Source: an uncultured Gammaproteobacteria bacterium (lineage in GTDB: Bacteria > Patescibacteriota > Patescibacteriia > Magasanikbacterales > GWA2-37-8). From it: DNA of 64,000 nt. The position numbers and the translations under genes were made by a program. Under the pieces are notes generated by a model. It saw only the letters and a program-made list of their open reading frames with translations. It was not told the origin of the DNA and ran no database searches. Location of the stretch: positions 53,018 to 117,017 of the forward strand of contig CAZHYJ010000001.1 of the NCBI GenBank assembly GCA_964536725.1, written 5' to 3'. Shown one piece after another: positions 26,064-35,744 of this stretch (positions are counted from its first letter, which is position 1; every line of letters begins with the position of its first letter).

Positions 26064-26687
26064 TTAATAGTTATTGATTAAATTTTTTACTGCTTCCTTA
26101 AAGTTGTAATTATAGAGTAATTGAATAAGCTTTATACTATTCCCACCTTGTTGGCAACCAAAGCACTTAAAAGTATTTGTTTTGGTGAATACCGTGAAGG
26201 ATGGGGTTTTTTCTTTGTGTAGAGGACACAGGCACACTAGGTTCCTGCTCGATTTCCTAAATGGCCCAGGCAACAAAGCTTGTATTGGGACAGTGTTAGC
26301 TTGGTCGATTTGTTCTTGTGTTATTAAACCATCTCTTGGTTTTTTACCATGAAGAAAATTATGTTGACGATGGAGACGGAACAAATGCTTATCAATTTCA
26401 ACCAGTTCCGGAATAAATAAATATTTTACGCAGTCTCTGTTGAACTGTTTAGAAAAAGCGTTCATCGGGGACTCATTAATGCGAACGAGTATTTCATTAA
26501 TGTGCTTTGTTAATAATATTCGTTTTTCTTTCCACTCATTAATTTTTAATTGGATGACCGCTCGCGCTTCTGGAAACCAGCTGAACAACTCCGCGTCTGT
26601 GGGGTGGGGCAGCATCTCTCGTTCCTTTTCGATATCTAATGCGTTAAACAAGAATTCTATTTCTTCATTTGTTGGCAGATTATCCAT
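26064..26687 (-). CDS. DnaG-type CHC2 zinc-finger (primase zinc-binding domain) protein
   Basis: ..CLCPLHKEKTPSFTVFTKTNTFKCFGCQQGGNSIKL.. matches the zf-CHC2 pattern CPxHxEKTPSFxV...CFGCxxGG. Confidence 0.6.
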   Translation of the reverse strand: MDNLPTNEEIEFLFNALDIEKEREMLPHPTDAELFSWFPEARAVIQLKINEWKEKRILLTKHINEILVRINESPMNAFSKQFNRDCVKYLFIPELVEIDKHLFRLHRQHNFLHGKKPRDGLITQEQIDQANTVPIQALLPGPFRKSSRNLVCLCPLHKEKTPSFTVFTKTNTFKCFGCQQGGNSIKLIQLLYNYNFKEAVKNLINNY

Positions 26688-26926
26688 ATTATTTGTTTTT
26701 AAAGTAAGTTAAAGCCTGGTCGATTTTGTCGCCATATATTAAGTCCATAAACTGAATAAACTTGGTCGCTAGCTCAGAAGCCTCGGAAGATGTGATTGGC
26801 GAACCAAAGTGTTTCAGATATAGATTTTGGAATTCAGTTGTTTCTTTCTCGGGAAACATAAGAGCCACGGGTAACGTGGCTCAATTATAAAATAATCGTT
26901 TTGGTTTGTATAAGTAAAAAGCGATA

Positions 26927-27715
26927 TCACTTTTTGTCGTATTTTTTTGATAAGGAGATGATTTTGCCGATGCCGCCAATATCAACTGGTGGCCAGCCTT
27001 TTCCTTCAGAAATAAGGTTCAGCATTTCGCTGATTTTTTTATATGGACGACCCCTTTTTTGTATTATGAATTCGTCTCTTTCGGAAATTTTTTCATTTTT
27101 TGGACGGATATGATGAATAAGGGTATCTTTTTTCCGATAATGGCTTTGGTATAATTTGATAATTTTTTCTTTCTTTTGTAAGAAATTTTTTATGTCATTT
27201 ATCGATGCGTAGGGGCTTATTCTTATGGCAATTGGGAACTCTAAATCAATGTCGTGGTCTATTTTTTGTTCGAGTCGTTTTAGTGTTTTGTCTGAAGGGT
27301 AAGTATATTTTTTTTGCATCAATAAATCATCTAATCTACAAAGGTCATAATCATAAAGCCAATGGTGTAGATCAGAATCGGTGTGATTGTATATAATAAA
27401 ATCCCACAGAATTTCTTTCCAACACTGGTTGTAAAGATAATATTTCTTACAAAGTTTGTCGATGTCTTTGATTAAATTATCTAAGCTTTTGAGAGTTTCC
27501 TTGTGTTGCCAGCCGTCTGGTAATATTGGATAATGGTAATTTTCTTTTTTAGTATATCCTGTCAGTGGTATCTTATACTTTTTTCTCAATTTTTTTGCAA
27601 TATTTTGGAATGAATCCATTTTTTTTATATCGCACCAGTAAGCATACAACCATTCGAAACCGTTGGTTGTGTTCTTTTTAGATTCTAATAGTACTTCATC
27701 TTTTTCTTTGTTCAT
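26927..27715 (-). CDS. Hypothetical protein
   Basis: ORF only. Confidence 0.4.
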   Translation of the reverse strand: MNKEKDEVLLESKKNTTNGFEWLYAYWCDIKKMDSFQNIAKKLRKKYKIPLTGYTKKENYHYPILPDGWQHKETLKSLDNLIKDIDKLCKKYYLYNQCWKEILWDFIIYNHTDSDLHHWLYDYDLCRLDDLLMQKKYTYPSDKTLKRLEQKIDHDIDLEFPIAIRISPYASINDIKNFLQKKEKIIKLYQSHYRKKDTLIHHIRPKNEKISERDEFIIQKRGRPYKKISEMLNLISEGKGWPPVDIGGIGKIISLSKKYDKK

Positions 27716-27901
27716 ATTGTGAATTAAACTACATAATTGACGCAGTATATATCGGTATGATAAACTAAAAAGCGTGAAACAACAATACTTATAAGTCCGA
27801 AGCTGAAAAAGCTATATTTTTAGCTTCTTGTGTATTGGAACGGGCGTTCCGATCAACACAAGAAGCATCTTCGGACGCTGATTGTTGTTTCACAGGTCGG
27901 G

Positions 27902-27926
27902 CGTCCGTTTTTGTTTTTTAAATTAT
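27902..27926 (+). repeat. Direct repeat CGTCCGTTTTTGTTTT(T)TAAATTAT, copy 1, immediately upstream of a small membrane-protein gene
   Basis: Second copy at 28164-28187. Each lies about 27 nt before an ATG. Confidence 0.5.
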
Positions 27927-27930
27927 TCAT

Positions 27931-28158
27931 ATGCGTTGGATAAAAGAAAACTGGTTCAAAATTTTAGCATCCGTACTTTTGGTTTGGGTAACGTTTTTTT
28001 GGACATACACAAAAATAAAAGACAATGACAGGCTGATAGAGATAAGCTTTATTTCTGTTTGTGCCGAACTTGGAGAGCAGGATGCCGCAGATTGTGCCAA
28101 GAATATTTTTAGATCCAACTATTTTTCAAGATTTCGTTATCCGCAACTTTTTAAATAA
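27931..28158 (+). CDS. Small membrane protein (75 aa)
   Basis: One TM helix. Preceded by the duplicated 25-nt element. Confidence 0.4.
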   Translation: MRWIKENWFKILASVLLVWVTFFWTYTKIKDNDRLIEISFISVCAELGEQDAADCAKNIFRSNYFSRFRYPQLFK

Positions 28159-28163
28159 TTAAT

Positions 28164-28187
28164 CGTCCGTTTTTGTTTTTAAATTAT
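28164..28187 (+). repeat. Direct repeat copy 2 (CGTCCGTTTTTGTTTTTAAATTAT)
   Basis: See the copy at 27902. Confidence 0.5.
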
Positions 28188-28192
28188 AGAGT

Positions 28193-28495
28193 ATGTGGGA
28201 ATTTAAATGGGGGTTGTTTAAGAGTCATACTTGGCCAAAATGGGAGAAGGGGTTAAAATTCTTTGCGATTTGTTTGGTCGTTGCGTTGCTTTTAAGTTTT
28301 TTTTCTACCAGTGAGGAAGATTATATTTGTGAATCAGAACCACTTTTTGGTCAGAACTGCGGATTGGGCAAATCTTTTAACGGTGATTGGGCCGGTGTTT
28401 TGGTCAAGGGTGTTGGCCTTTGTATGTTTGGTACTTTTTCGCAGATTTATCTGAACAGTTTTAAAAAAGACAAAAATAAGGAATTGAGACCATAG
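28193..28495 (+). CDS. Small membrane protein (100 aa)
   Basis: One TM helix. Preceded by the duplicated element. Confidence 0.4.
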   Translation: MWEFKWGLFKSHTWPKWEKGLKFFAICLVVALLLSFFSTSEEDYICESEPLFGQNCGLGKSFNGDWAGVLVKGVGLCMFGTFSQIYLNSFKKDKNKELRP

Positions 28496-28645
28496 CATAT
28501 TCCCTTGCCCTCCCACGGTATCTTTCTTGCGCCAGAGAGTATCTGGGGTTGTCTAAATAGCATGAACACCGCAAAGAGCAAAAGAAAAACAAAGGAAACG
28601 GTAGAGACGATTAAGACGGTATAAAAACAAATTTTATATATTTAT

Positions 28646-29098
28646 ATGGAAATCACTATATCTAAAAAAAATCTAATAGTTGTACTCTGTACAATAATAA
28701 TCGCATTGGTTGTCGGTGTCGGTTATTTTTTGAGGACGAGTCGGTCTAATGATAGGGTTGATAGAGAAGTTGAAGAAATGTTCAGGAGAATAGAGAGCGG
28801 GGAGAAGACCAAAGGAGAGAAGCTCTTGCTGAACTACTATAATAAAAAAAATCAACATGATATTCTAATATCAGAAGATTACGCTTCGGTTGTGCTTAAC
28901 ACCGAAAAGTGTTTTATGGTTGACCCGAAAGATCCAGAATGTTGGTTTGCTCGCGCGGTGGCTTTAGATCAGCTTGGAAAATCAGAGGAGGCACTGACGG
29001 CATTATGGAATGTGGCTGAATATGCCACCGGCACACGTAAAGATCAAGCTTTAAGTATTCTCGCCTCAAGACTAATGGCATCATCTACTAAGGAATAA
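28646..29098 (+). CDS. Membrane-anchored protein with a TPR-like C-terminal region
   Basis: N-terminal TM; ..CWFARAVALDQLGKSEEALTALWNVAEYA.. looks helical-repeat-like. Confidence 0.4.
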   Translation: MEITISKKNLIVVLCTIIIALVVGVGYFLRTSRSNDRVDREVEEMFRRIESGEKTKGEKLLLNYYNKKNQHDILISEDYASVVLNTEKCFMVDPKDPECWFARAVALDQLGKSEEALTALWNVAEYATGTRKDQALSILASRLMASSTKE

Positions 29099-29255
29099 AT
29101 TAGGATGTGACATTTCGGACAATTCGGACAGTTTGGACGAGCTCGGGTCATACTGAGCGGCTATTCAAGAGTTTATTTGATTACTTAGTTGTTTACACGT
29201 TAAGCAATAACAGGCCTGTTAAGGGTGTTTTTTTAATTGACTTTAAAAAAAACAA

Positions 29256-30851
29256 ATGATAAAGTATATTTTAATATTATTTATTTTAATTATGATACGA
29301 GCAGAGGAGTACAAAGATCTTATTGAGTCGTTAACGATAGGCGCGAATGTTGCCGAACAGGATTCTTTTTTGGAAGCAGCCAAAGTAGAGACGCCAATAC
29401 TGAACGATTTTCTTGCGGATAAAGTGGATTTTATCTTAGGATCAAAGGGGTCTGGCAAAACCTCTATATTTAGGTTGACTCAAGCATTAAGAGACCCTCT
29501 ATTATCTAAGGCACGTCTTCATTTAATTACGGGGGTAGAGCCTCAGGGCAATGCCGTTTTTGATTTATTTAAAAGAGACTTTGAATCTTTTTCAGAGTCG
29601 GAATTTGAAAATTTTTGGAAAATTTATTTTATTAATTTGGTTTATAATGATTTCATAACTAATGATTCGTTTACTGCGCAATTAAAATCCTGTAAATCAG
29701 AAATAGAGGAACTGATAAAAGAATGTGCGAGAATAGGGGTGCCTCAGATTACCCGTAATTCTAGCCTGTCTGAGATAGTGCAAAAAACAATTGCTGCGAT
29801 AAATTCAAAAAGAATCAAGAAAATAAAAGTAAGTGCAATTACTGATGCTAACCAGCCTTCGTTGTTTACATCAACAGCCGAAATGGAGTTTGAACACAAA
29901 GACAACAATGTTTACAAAGAAAAAAATGATCTTCCTGTTTATGTAAATAAGATAGGACTTATTCTGGAGGGGTTACTTAAAAAAACCAACATCAGAATCT
30001 GGGTCCTTTTAGATCGCCTCGATGTTGTGTTCGAGCATGGTAGTCGGCTCGAATTTTTTGCGTTAAGGGGATTGTTAAGAGCGTATGAGAGTTTTCAAGT
30101 CAGTGCGGGTAGTCCGTTTAAATTTTTAAGAATTAAGATTTTTTTGCGTGATGATATCTTTGAGTTTCTTTTAAATCCAAATCAATTCAAGAGAATCTCA
30201 ACTTACAAGGTCGCTAAAAGCTTACCGGCTTTAACCCATATAACTTCTAGAGCAACTAAAACACCCCTGAGATGGACTAAAGGAGAAATTCAGCAACTAA
30301 TGCTTAAACGGTTATTTATCTCTCCCTTGTTGCGGACTTATTTTAAAACGAGTATTGCGGAGTTGAATAATGAAAAAACTAGAAATGATGTTTGGGATAC
30401 GTTGTTTGGTAAAAAAATTGAACCAGGAGATAAAAAACCCGATTCCTTATCTTGGATTTACGCGAGATTAAGTGATGCACGACAAGTTACCCCACGATCA
30501 GCAATAGATTTTTTAGAGGGTGTTATATTCGAACAAAATAGGTTATTTAAGCTCGACAGTATAGAACAAGAGAGGTTTTTTTCTCCTTCCGCCGTTAAAC
30601 ATGGAATAGTTACAGCATCTAAAGAAAAGTACGGCAAGGAAACAAAAAATGAATACATAAAGATTGTTCCATATATAGAAAAAATAAGGGGGAGTAGCGC
30701 TCAGATAAGTAATCCAGATAAAATATTTGGAGATAATTATCTTGAGATTATGACAGAATTGGAAAAAATTGGCTTATTGTATAAGGTTGGTGATAATTAC
30801 AAAGTTTCATTTATTTTTCGTGCCGCTTTGGATGTTCACCCGCAATTTTAA
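29256..30851 (+). CDS. Uncharacterised P-loop NTPase (Walker A ..ILGSKGSGKTSIF.., Walker B ..IWVLLDRLD..)
   Basis: Motifs are seen directly; the family was not recognised. Possible defence-type ATPase given the accessory context. Confidence 0.5.
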   Translation: MIKYILILFILIMIRAEEYKDLIESLTIGANVAEQDSFLEAAKVETPILNDFLADKVDFILGSKGSGKTSIFRLTQALRDPLLSKARLHLITGVEPQGNAVFDLFKRDFESFSESEFENFWKIYFINLVYNDFITNDSFTAQLKSCKSEIEELIKECARIGVPQITRNSSLSEIVQKTIAAINSKRIKKIKVSAITDANQPSLFTSTAEMEFEHKDNNVYKEKNDLPVYVNKIGLILEGLLKKTNIRIWVLLDRLDVVFEHGSRLEFFALRGLLRAYESFQVSAGSPFKFLRIKIFLRDDIFEFLLNPNQFKRISTYKVAKSLPALTHITSRATKTPLRWTKGEIQQLMLKRLFISPLLRTYFKTSIAELNNEKTRNDVWDTLFGKKIEPGDKKPDSLSWIYARLSDARQVTPRSAIDFLEGVIFEQNRLFKLDSIEQERFFSPSAVKHGIVTASKEKYGKETKNEYIKIVPYIEKIRGSSAQISNPDKIFGDNYLEIMTELEKIGLLYKVGDNYKVSFIFRAALDVHPQF

Positions 30852-30949
30852 GTAATCGGCCGAAGTCTCCATTTTAGTAGAGTTAAAAGAATTTATCTTA
30901 ATCGATCTCTGAAGCAAGTTCGAATGTCATCTAACACCCGCAACAAATA

Positions 30950-30976
30950 AAAAATGACCTAATGGCCATTTTTTAT
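30950..30976. terminator. Bidirectional hairpin terminator between convergent genes (AAAAATGACC-TAAT-GGCCATTTTT)
   Basis: Seen directly. A/T runs lie on both sides. Confidence 0.45.
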
Positions 30977-30994
30977 TTTTATATATTTTTTGTT

Positions 30995-32047
30995 TTAGTT
31001 GTTATTTAACTCATTGTGGTAGTACTGCTCATACATATCCCAAAAAGCCATAAATAGAGCGGCGATGATTGGGCCGATGATAAAACCAGAAGCGCCAAAT
31101 ACAACGATACCGCCTAGTGTGGAGAATAGGACTAATAAAGGATGTATTTGGATATCTTTTCCAACCAACACGGGTCGTAAGAAATTATCAATAGTGCTGA
31201 TAAGCAAAGCCCCTACCACCAAGATTGTTATTCCTTGCCAAGTGCTGCCGGTTAGAAGAACAATCATTCCAGTCGGAAACCAGACGATAAACGAACCAAG
31301 ACCTGGAATCACGCAGAACAACATCATAATTATACCCCAGATAAGCGCACCGGGTATGCCGGTAAGGGTAAACAATATTACACCCAGTCCTCCTTGTATT
31401 GCACCCAAGATTAAATTACCTTTAATAGTGGCGCGAGCAGTAGAAGTAAAACGATTGTAAAGTTGTTGTTCGTAGTTATCACCAAGTGGACAGAGATGCA
31501 TTAGTTTGCGTAAAAGTTTTTCGCCATCACGCAATAAAAAGAACAATGCGTAGAACATGACGATAAACATTATTATGAAAGTAACCGAATCTTGGGTGAA
31601 AGCAGTGGCTGATTCAATCAAGAAGGTAGTCGTTTTTTGTGCCACTTCAGAAAATTTTTCTACCCAAAAAGTGTCGTTAAAATTGATCTGTCTGGTCAGT
31701 GGGTTGTTTTGTATCCAGTGGGTAATATTTTGAGCAGTTTGGGTTATCTGTTCACGATTTCCATTGATTGATGAGTATAGATCAACAGATTGTTTGAGTA
31801 CCAATGTTCCAAGTACACTAAAAGGAATGACGATCACCAAAAAAACTGCTGCCAAAGTGATAATAGAGCTTAGGTCGGGGTGTTTTAATTTGGTGTTTAA
31901 CCAGCGATACACGGGATAAAAAATCGCGGCAATTACCATTGCCCAAAAAATTGGGTAGACAAACACTTTGATGGTAGATAAAAATGCGATAGTGATAGCG
32001 GCAAGTAACAGTAAAAAAAGATAGTTGCGAACTTTAGAAAAATCCAT
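30995..32047 (-). CDS. AI-2E family transporter (PerM/YhhT-like)
   Basis: About 350 aa with 8 predicted TM helices. The N-terminal region resembles the AI-2E family. Confidence 0.6.
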   Translation of the reverse strand: MDFSKVRNYLFLLLLAAITIAFLSTIKVFVYPIFWAMVIAAIFYPVYRWLNTKLKHPDLSSIITLAAVFLVIVIPFSVLGTLVLKQSVDLYSSINGNREQITQTAQNITHWIQNNPLTRQINFNDTFWVEKFSEVAQKTTTFLIESATAFTQDSVTFIIMFIVMFYALFFLLRDGEKLLRKLMHLCPLGDNYEQQLYNRFTSTARATIKGNLILGAIQGGLGVILFTLTGIPGALIWGIIMMLFCVIPGLGSFIVWFPTGMIVLLTGSTWQGITILVVGALLISTIDNFLRPVLVGKDIQIHPLLVLFSTLGGIVVFGASGFIIGPIIAALFMAFWDMYEQYYHNELNNN

Positions 32048-32075
32048 ATATTTTTTATTTAAAAATCTTTTACTA

Positions 32076-33515
32076 TTATACCTTATTTATGCCTTCTTCG
32101 GCAACCACATTTGGCGACAAAATCATTTTTAGTGTATTCCACGAGATTATTCTCAGTCCTAAAACAAGTAATGTGTAGGATAAAATACCAACGGCGGTAC
32201 TAATCAGCAAAGAGTTAGCGGGAAATTTAACTACAACCACCCCCATTAACACACTGGCCAAAGTAATTTTTGCCAGGGTGAGAATCTTGGGCAATGTTTT
32301 ACTAGCGTGGGTTACAAGGATAAACAGTAAAAGACTGGAATATATTTCGGAAAAAATTGTCACGCCGACTGCACCCCAAACTCCAAAGCGAGGGATGAAG
32401 ATAAAATAGCCGATGATACTTAAAATGGCGTTACTGCCATAAATCCAGAGGGCTTGGCGTTGGCGGTTTAAGGCGAGAGCGGTATAACCGAAAGTAACAC
32501 CAAAACAGATGCCGAGAATGGAAAGGGCAAGGTAGCGCAAGATGTTACCGGAGCCAATAAATTTTTCGCTAGCAACGAAACTCATAATTGGTTCGGCTTT
32601 GATGACAATGCCAACTAAGAGAGGAAACAGTACTAGGGCAGTTAGGTTGATTGCCAAGCGATAGCGTTCTTTAAATTCTTCGGTTTGTTCGCGTGACCAG
32701 GCGAAAGTGATGAGCGGTAACATTATTCCCATTATCAAAGTGGCGATTTGGATAACAATGTCTAAAACACGATAGGCGGCACCGTAGAGTCCGACCAAAG
32801 TTTGGGAGACGAATAGCGGTAGGATCACGCGATCACCCTGGAGATAAAAAGAGTTGAAAATAACCGCCGTGGCATTGGGCCATATTTTTTTGTAAATTGC
32901 TTTGGATATTTCTCGGTCAAGAGAAAATCGTACGGGTTCGCTTTTGTACCAGAGATAAAAAAAGTTCAGGATTGACCCAAGAGCAACAATCGCCATGATC
33001 CAGAGGAAGCCCCAGTTGAAGCTGAAAGCGAGTACCACACCAACTAGCAAAGCGATACGGCCGATGATTTCTCCGATGGCCACAAAATTGGTTTTGATTT
33101 TCGCTTGATAGTAGCCGATGAAGGATTGATTAAGAGCAAGGGCAAAGAAAGAGACGGCGGCAATTAGTACGGCGATCTTTACTTGGGGTGGATAAGGAAA
33201 GAAAAAAATCGAAAGTGGAGCGAGGCCATTAAATATTAGGGCAGTCAAAAACCGCCAGGTGAAGAGAGTGTTAAATAGTTTTCTTTTATCAAATGTCGGT
33301 TCGGATAACATGTTGGCGGTGGTGACGGTAAAGCCGAAATCAGACAGTAGGCCAATGAATTGCAAAAAGCCGACAGCAGTGGTGTACCAACCAAATTGTT
33401 CCACACCCAAATAGCGGGTCATTACCATGACGGCCGCGATGCCAAGAACGGTGCTGATTATTTTTCCACCAATTTGGAAACTAGTGTTTAAAGCGATTTT
33501 TCGTAGTGTTTGCAT
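32076..33515 (-). CDS. MOP-superfamily flippase (Wzx / polysaccharide biosynthesis protein-like)
   Basis: About 480 aa with 12 or more TM helices. N-terminal ..ISTVLGIAAVMVMTRYLGVEQFGWY.. is typical of this family. Confidence 0.6.
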   Translation of the reverse strand: MQTLRKIALNTSFQIGGKIISTVLGIAAVMVMTRYLGVEQFGWYTTAVGFLQFIGLLSDFGFTVTTANMLSEPTFDKRKLFNTLFTWRFLTALIFNGLAPLSIFFFPYPPQVKIAVLIAAVSFFALALNQSFIGYYQAKIKTNFVAIGEIIGRIALLVGVVLAFSFNWGFLWIMAIVALGSILNFFYLWYKSEPVRFSLDREISKAIYKKIWPNATAVIFNSFYLQGDRVILPLFVSQTLVGLYGAAYRVLDIVIQIATLIMGIMLPLITFAWSREQTEEFKERYRLAINLTALVLFPLLVGIVIKAEPIMSFVASEKFIGSGNILRYLALSILGICFGVTFGYTALALNRQRQALWIYGSNAILSIIGYFIFIPRFGVWGAVGVTIFSEIYSSLLLFILVTHASKTLPKILTLAKITLASVLMGVVVVKFPANSLLISTAVGILSYTLLVLGLRIISWNTLKMILSPNVVAEEGINKV

Positions 33516-33612
33516 ACTTTATGAAGTTAAGTATAGCTGATAAACCGTTTTTTTTCAATAAAAAGGCCAATTTAAAAAGTGTGGTATAATATACAGGTAA
33601 CATATATTACTT

Positions 33613-35697
33613 ATGCAAAGATTTTTTTTGGCCCTTATCATCTTTCTCTCAGTTTTTTCCTTTACTTCAGTCGCCTCGGCGGCGGAGTTTAAAATACCAA
33701 CTTTTCGGGACAAAAGCTACGCGGGCAAGTATGTGAGCCAATCGATCGCCGATCCGGTTGCGATGGAGGCGGGTAGTACCAAAGAGGTGATTTTGAAAAT
33801 TAAAAATACTGGTCAGACCACTTGGAAGGCAACGGGTGCTAATTATGTTTCAGTTTATACCGTTGATCCCAATTATCGCGCTAGTGTTTTTTATGACAGC
33901 AACAGTTGGGTACACAACGATCAGCCGGCAAAATTAAAAGCCGATACTAAGCCGGGAGCAATTGGTGAGTTTCGGATAAAGTTAAAAGCACCGACCAAGT
34001 TGGGAGATTATCAGGAGAGATTTTATCTAGTCGCAGAAAACAAAACCTGGATTCAGGGATCATATTTTTTCTTAAAAATTAAAGTGACGAAAGGTACGAG
34101 CGCAGTAGTGGTAAAATTCACCAAGACATTAAGTTTGGGTATGTCTGATAGTATGGTCGCTGAATTGCAAAAATTTTTAAAAAATTTAGGATATTTTAAT
34201 CATCCATATATCACCAACTATTTTGGTTCAGTGACCAAAGCGGCATTGGTGCAATATCAAAACGAAAACAAACTCAGCCCTACCGGTATCTTGGATTTGG
34301 CAACCAGGGAAAAAATGAATGGAGTGGAAAAAGACACTACTGTTACAACAGGAAATGAATCTAGTACTGGTGGTAACTCGGCTGGTGAAGAGGTGGCGGC
34401 GGACACCGGGGAATATGTTTCACATTTGCTAGCTTTTTCGGCGCGCAGTTTGGAAATATCCCGCGGCGGTGATAGTGTTAATTTTATCGTACGTTATACC
34501 AATGATGGCACCAAAGAATGGAACAAATACACTTGGCAGGAAGCGGGTAGTGTTGCGCTAAACAATTCTTCAGCACCAAATATCTCTGATCCCAGTTGGC
34601 AATCGCGCAAATTGATTGAATCAGGCAGCAACGTGATTAAGTTGGGCGCTCCGCTAGAATTTGGTTTCGCTTTCCGTGCTCCGCGTTTGGCTGGTGACTA
34701 CATCTTACGTTTTCAATTGATAGCGAATGATCACACGACGTCAGGTGGTACTTTGGAATTGCCAGTTAAAGTTTTGGCGGATGCACCCAGTGATTTTCAA
34801 GAAACTGTGTGGCAGACAGCGCGTACTTTGATCAGTGAACCGAATGTTCGGGTGGGTTTGTATAAAACAGATGAGGCAGTAAAGTTTAAAGCCAATTTTC
34901 GTTATGAAGTATTAGCAGATGGTGTGTCGAAGGGTTGGTTGGAACCAAATGAAACAGCGACCTTGTCATATACCCAAGGGGTGTACAGCTTCCTGGGTGG
35001 CGCAGTAGAGTTCTCCGGGCATGGTTTTATCCGACTTGTTCCCGAAGACAAAGGAGCGTATTTTACTTTAACAAACTACAATCGTCCGGTTTCTTGGAAA
35101 GGTAATAAAAATTTTAATATCTATCGTGGTACTTTAGAATATGTCTATTCTCCCAAAAGTGCTCTGCCGTATATAATCAACGAATTACCATTAGATGCAT
35201 ATATTGCCGGTATTGGTGAAACATCTAATGGCGCAGCGATGGAATATATCAAAGCCGTTTTGGTGGCAGCGCGCAGTTATGCATATAATAGTATCCGAGC
35301 GGGTGTCTCTTCAGCTCAACCTAGTTTTGATGTTTTTCCCACGACAGTTGATCAACTGTATTTGGGTTACAATTCGGAAGTGTTGATGCCACGGGTGGTG
35401 CAGGCGGCACAGGCAACATATGGTGAGATGGTAACCTACAACAATAACCCAGTCACTACACCATATTTCGGCAACTCCAACGGTAAAACTCGGGGGTGGA
35501 AAGAAGTTTGGGGTGGGACAGACAAACCGTGGTTACAACCAGTTGATTGTATCTATGATGTGGGCAAAAGTATGTTCGGCCATGGTGTGGGCATGAGTGC
35601 CTATGACGCTTCGCGTCGTGCAGCCGAAGATGGTTGGACGTATGATCAGATTTTAAAATATTATTATACCGGTGTGGGGGTGGAGCGGGTGTATTAA
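33613..35697 (+). CDS. Secreted SpoIID/LytB-domain protein with a peptidoglycan-binding (PG_binding_1) domain
   Basis: Signal peptide. ..LQKFLKNLGYFNHPYITNYFGSVTKAALVQYQNENKLSPTGIL.. is a PG-binding motif. A C-terminal SpoIID/LytB-like region follows (..YFGNSNGKTRGWKEVWGG..). Confidence 0.65.
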   Translation: MQRFFLALIIFLSVFSFTSVASAAEFKIPTFRDKSYAGKYVSQSIADPVAMEAGSTKEVILKIKNTGQTTWKATGANYVSVYTVDPNYRASVFYDSNSWVHNDQPAKLKADTKPGAIGEFRIKLKAPTKLGDYQERFYLVAENKTWIQGSYFFLKIKVTKGTSAVVVKFTKTLSLGMSDSMVAELQKFLKNLGYFNHPYITNYFGSVTKAALVQYQNENKLSPTGILDLATREKMNGVEKDTTVTTGNESSTGGNSAGEEVAADTGEYVSHLLAFSARSLEISRGGDSVNFIVRYTNDGTKEWNKYTWQEAGSVALNNSSAPNISDPSWQSRKLIESGSNVIKLGAPLEFGFAFRAPRLAGDYILRFQLIANDHTTSGGTLELPVKVLADAPSDFQETVWQTARTLISEPNVRVGLYKTDEAVKFKANFRYEVLADGVSKGWLEPNETATLSYTQGVYSFLGGAVEFSGHGFIRLVPEDKGAYFTLTNYNRPVSWKGNKNFNIYRGTLEYVYSPKSALPYIINELPLDAYIAGIGETSNGAAMEYIKAVLVAARSYAYNSIRAGVSSAQPSFDVFPTTVDQLYLGYNSEVLMPRVVQAAQATYGEMVTYNNNPVTTPYFGNSNGKTRGWKEVWGGTDKPWLQPVDCIYDVGKSMFGHGVGMSAYDASRRAAEDGWTYDQILKYYYTGVGVERVY

Positions 35698-35710
35698 AAT
35701 ATTGGGTAAT

Positions 35711-35739
35711 AAAAAACAGAGATTAGTCTCTGTTTTTTT
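35711..35739. terminator. Bidirectional terminator (AAAAAACAGAGA-TTAG-TCTCTGTTTTTTT) between convergent genes
   Basis: Perfect stem flanked by A and T runs. Confidence 0.6.
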
Positions 35740-35744
35740 GTCTG

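Larger units (their letters stand above)
22693..27900. mobile_element. Putative tRNA-fMet-associated integrative, self-replicating element (serine recombinase, P4-type primase/helicase, zf-CHC2 protein)
   Basis: Recombinase overlapping the tRNA. Minus-strand module of primase and zinc-finger primase-like genes. Hairpin-rich right end at about 27.75-27.90 kb. Boundaries are not proven. Confidence 0.45.

Noticed and set aside
26689-26859. 56-codon minus-strand small ORF (MFPEKETTEFQNLYLKHFG...) preceded by hairpin GAGCCACG-GGTAA-CGTGGCTC.
   Set aside because: It is below the size where I can separate it from chance, and it has no recognisable motif. It is mentioned only as a candidate small gene within the primase module.
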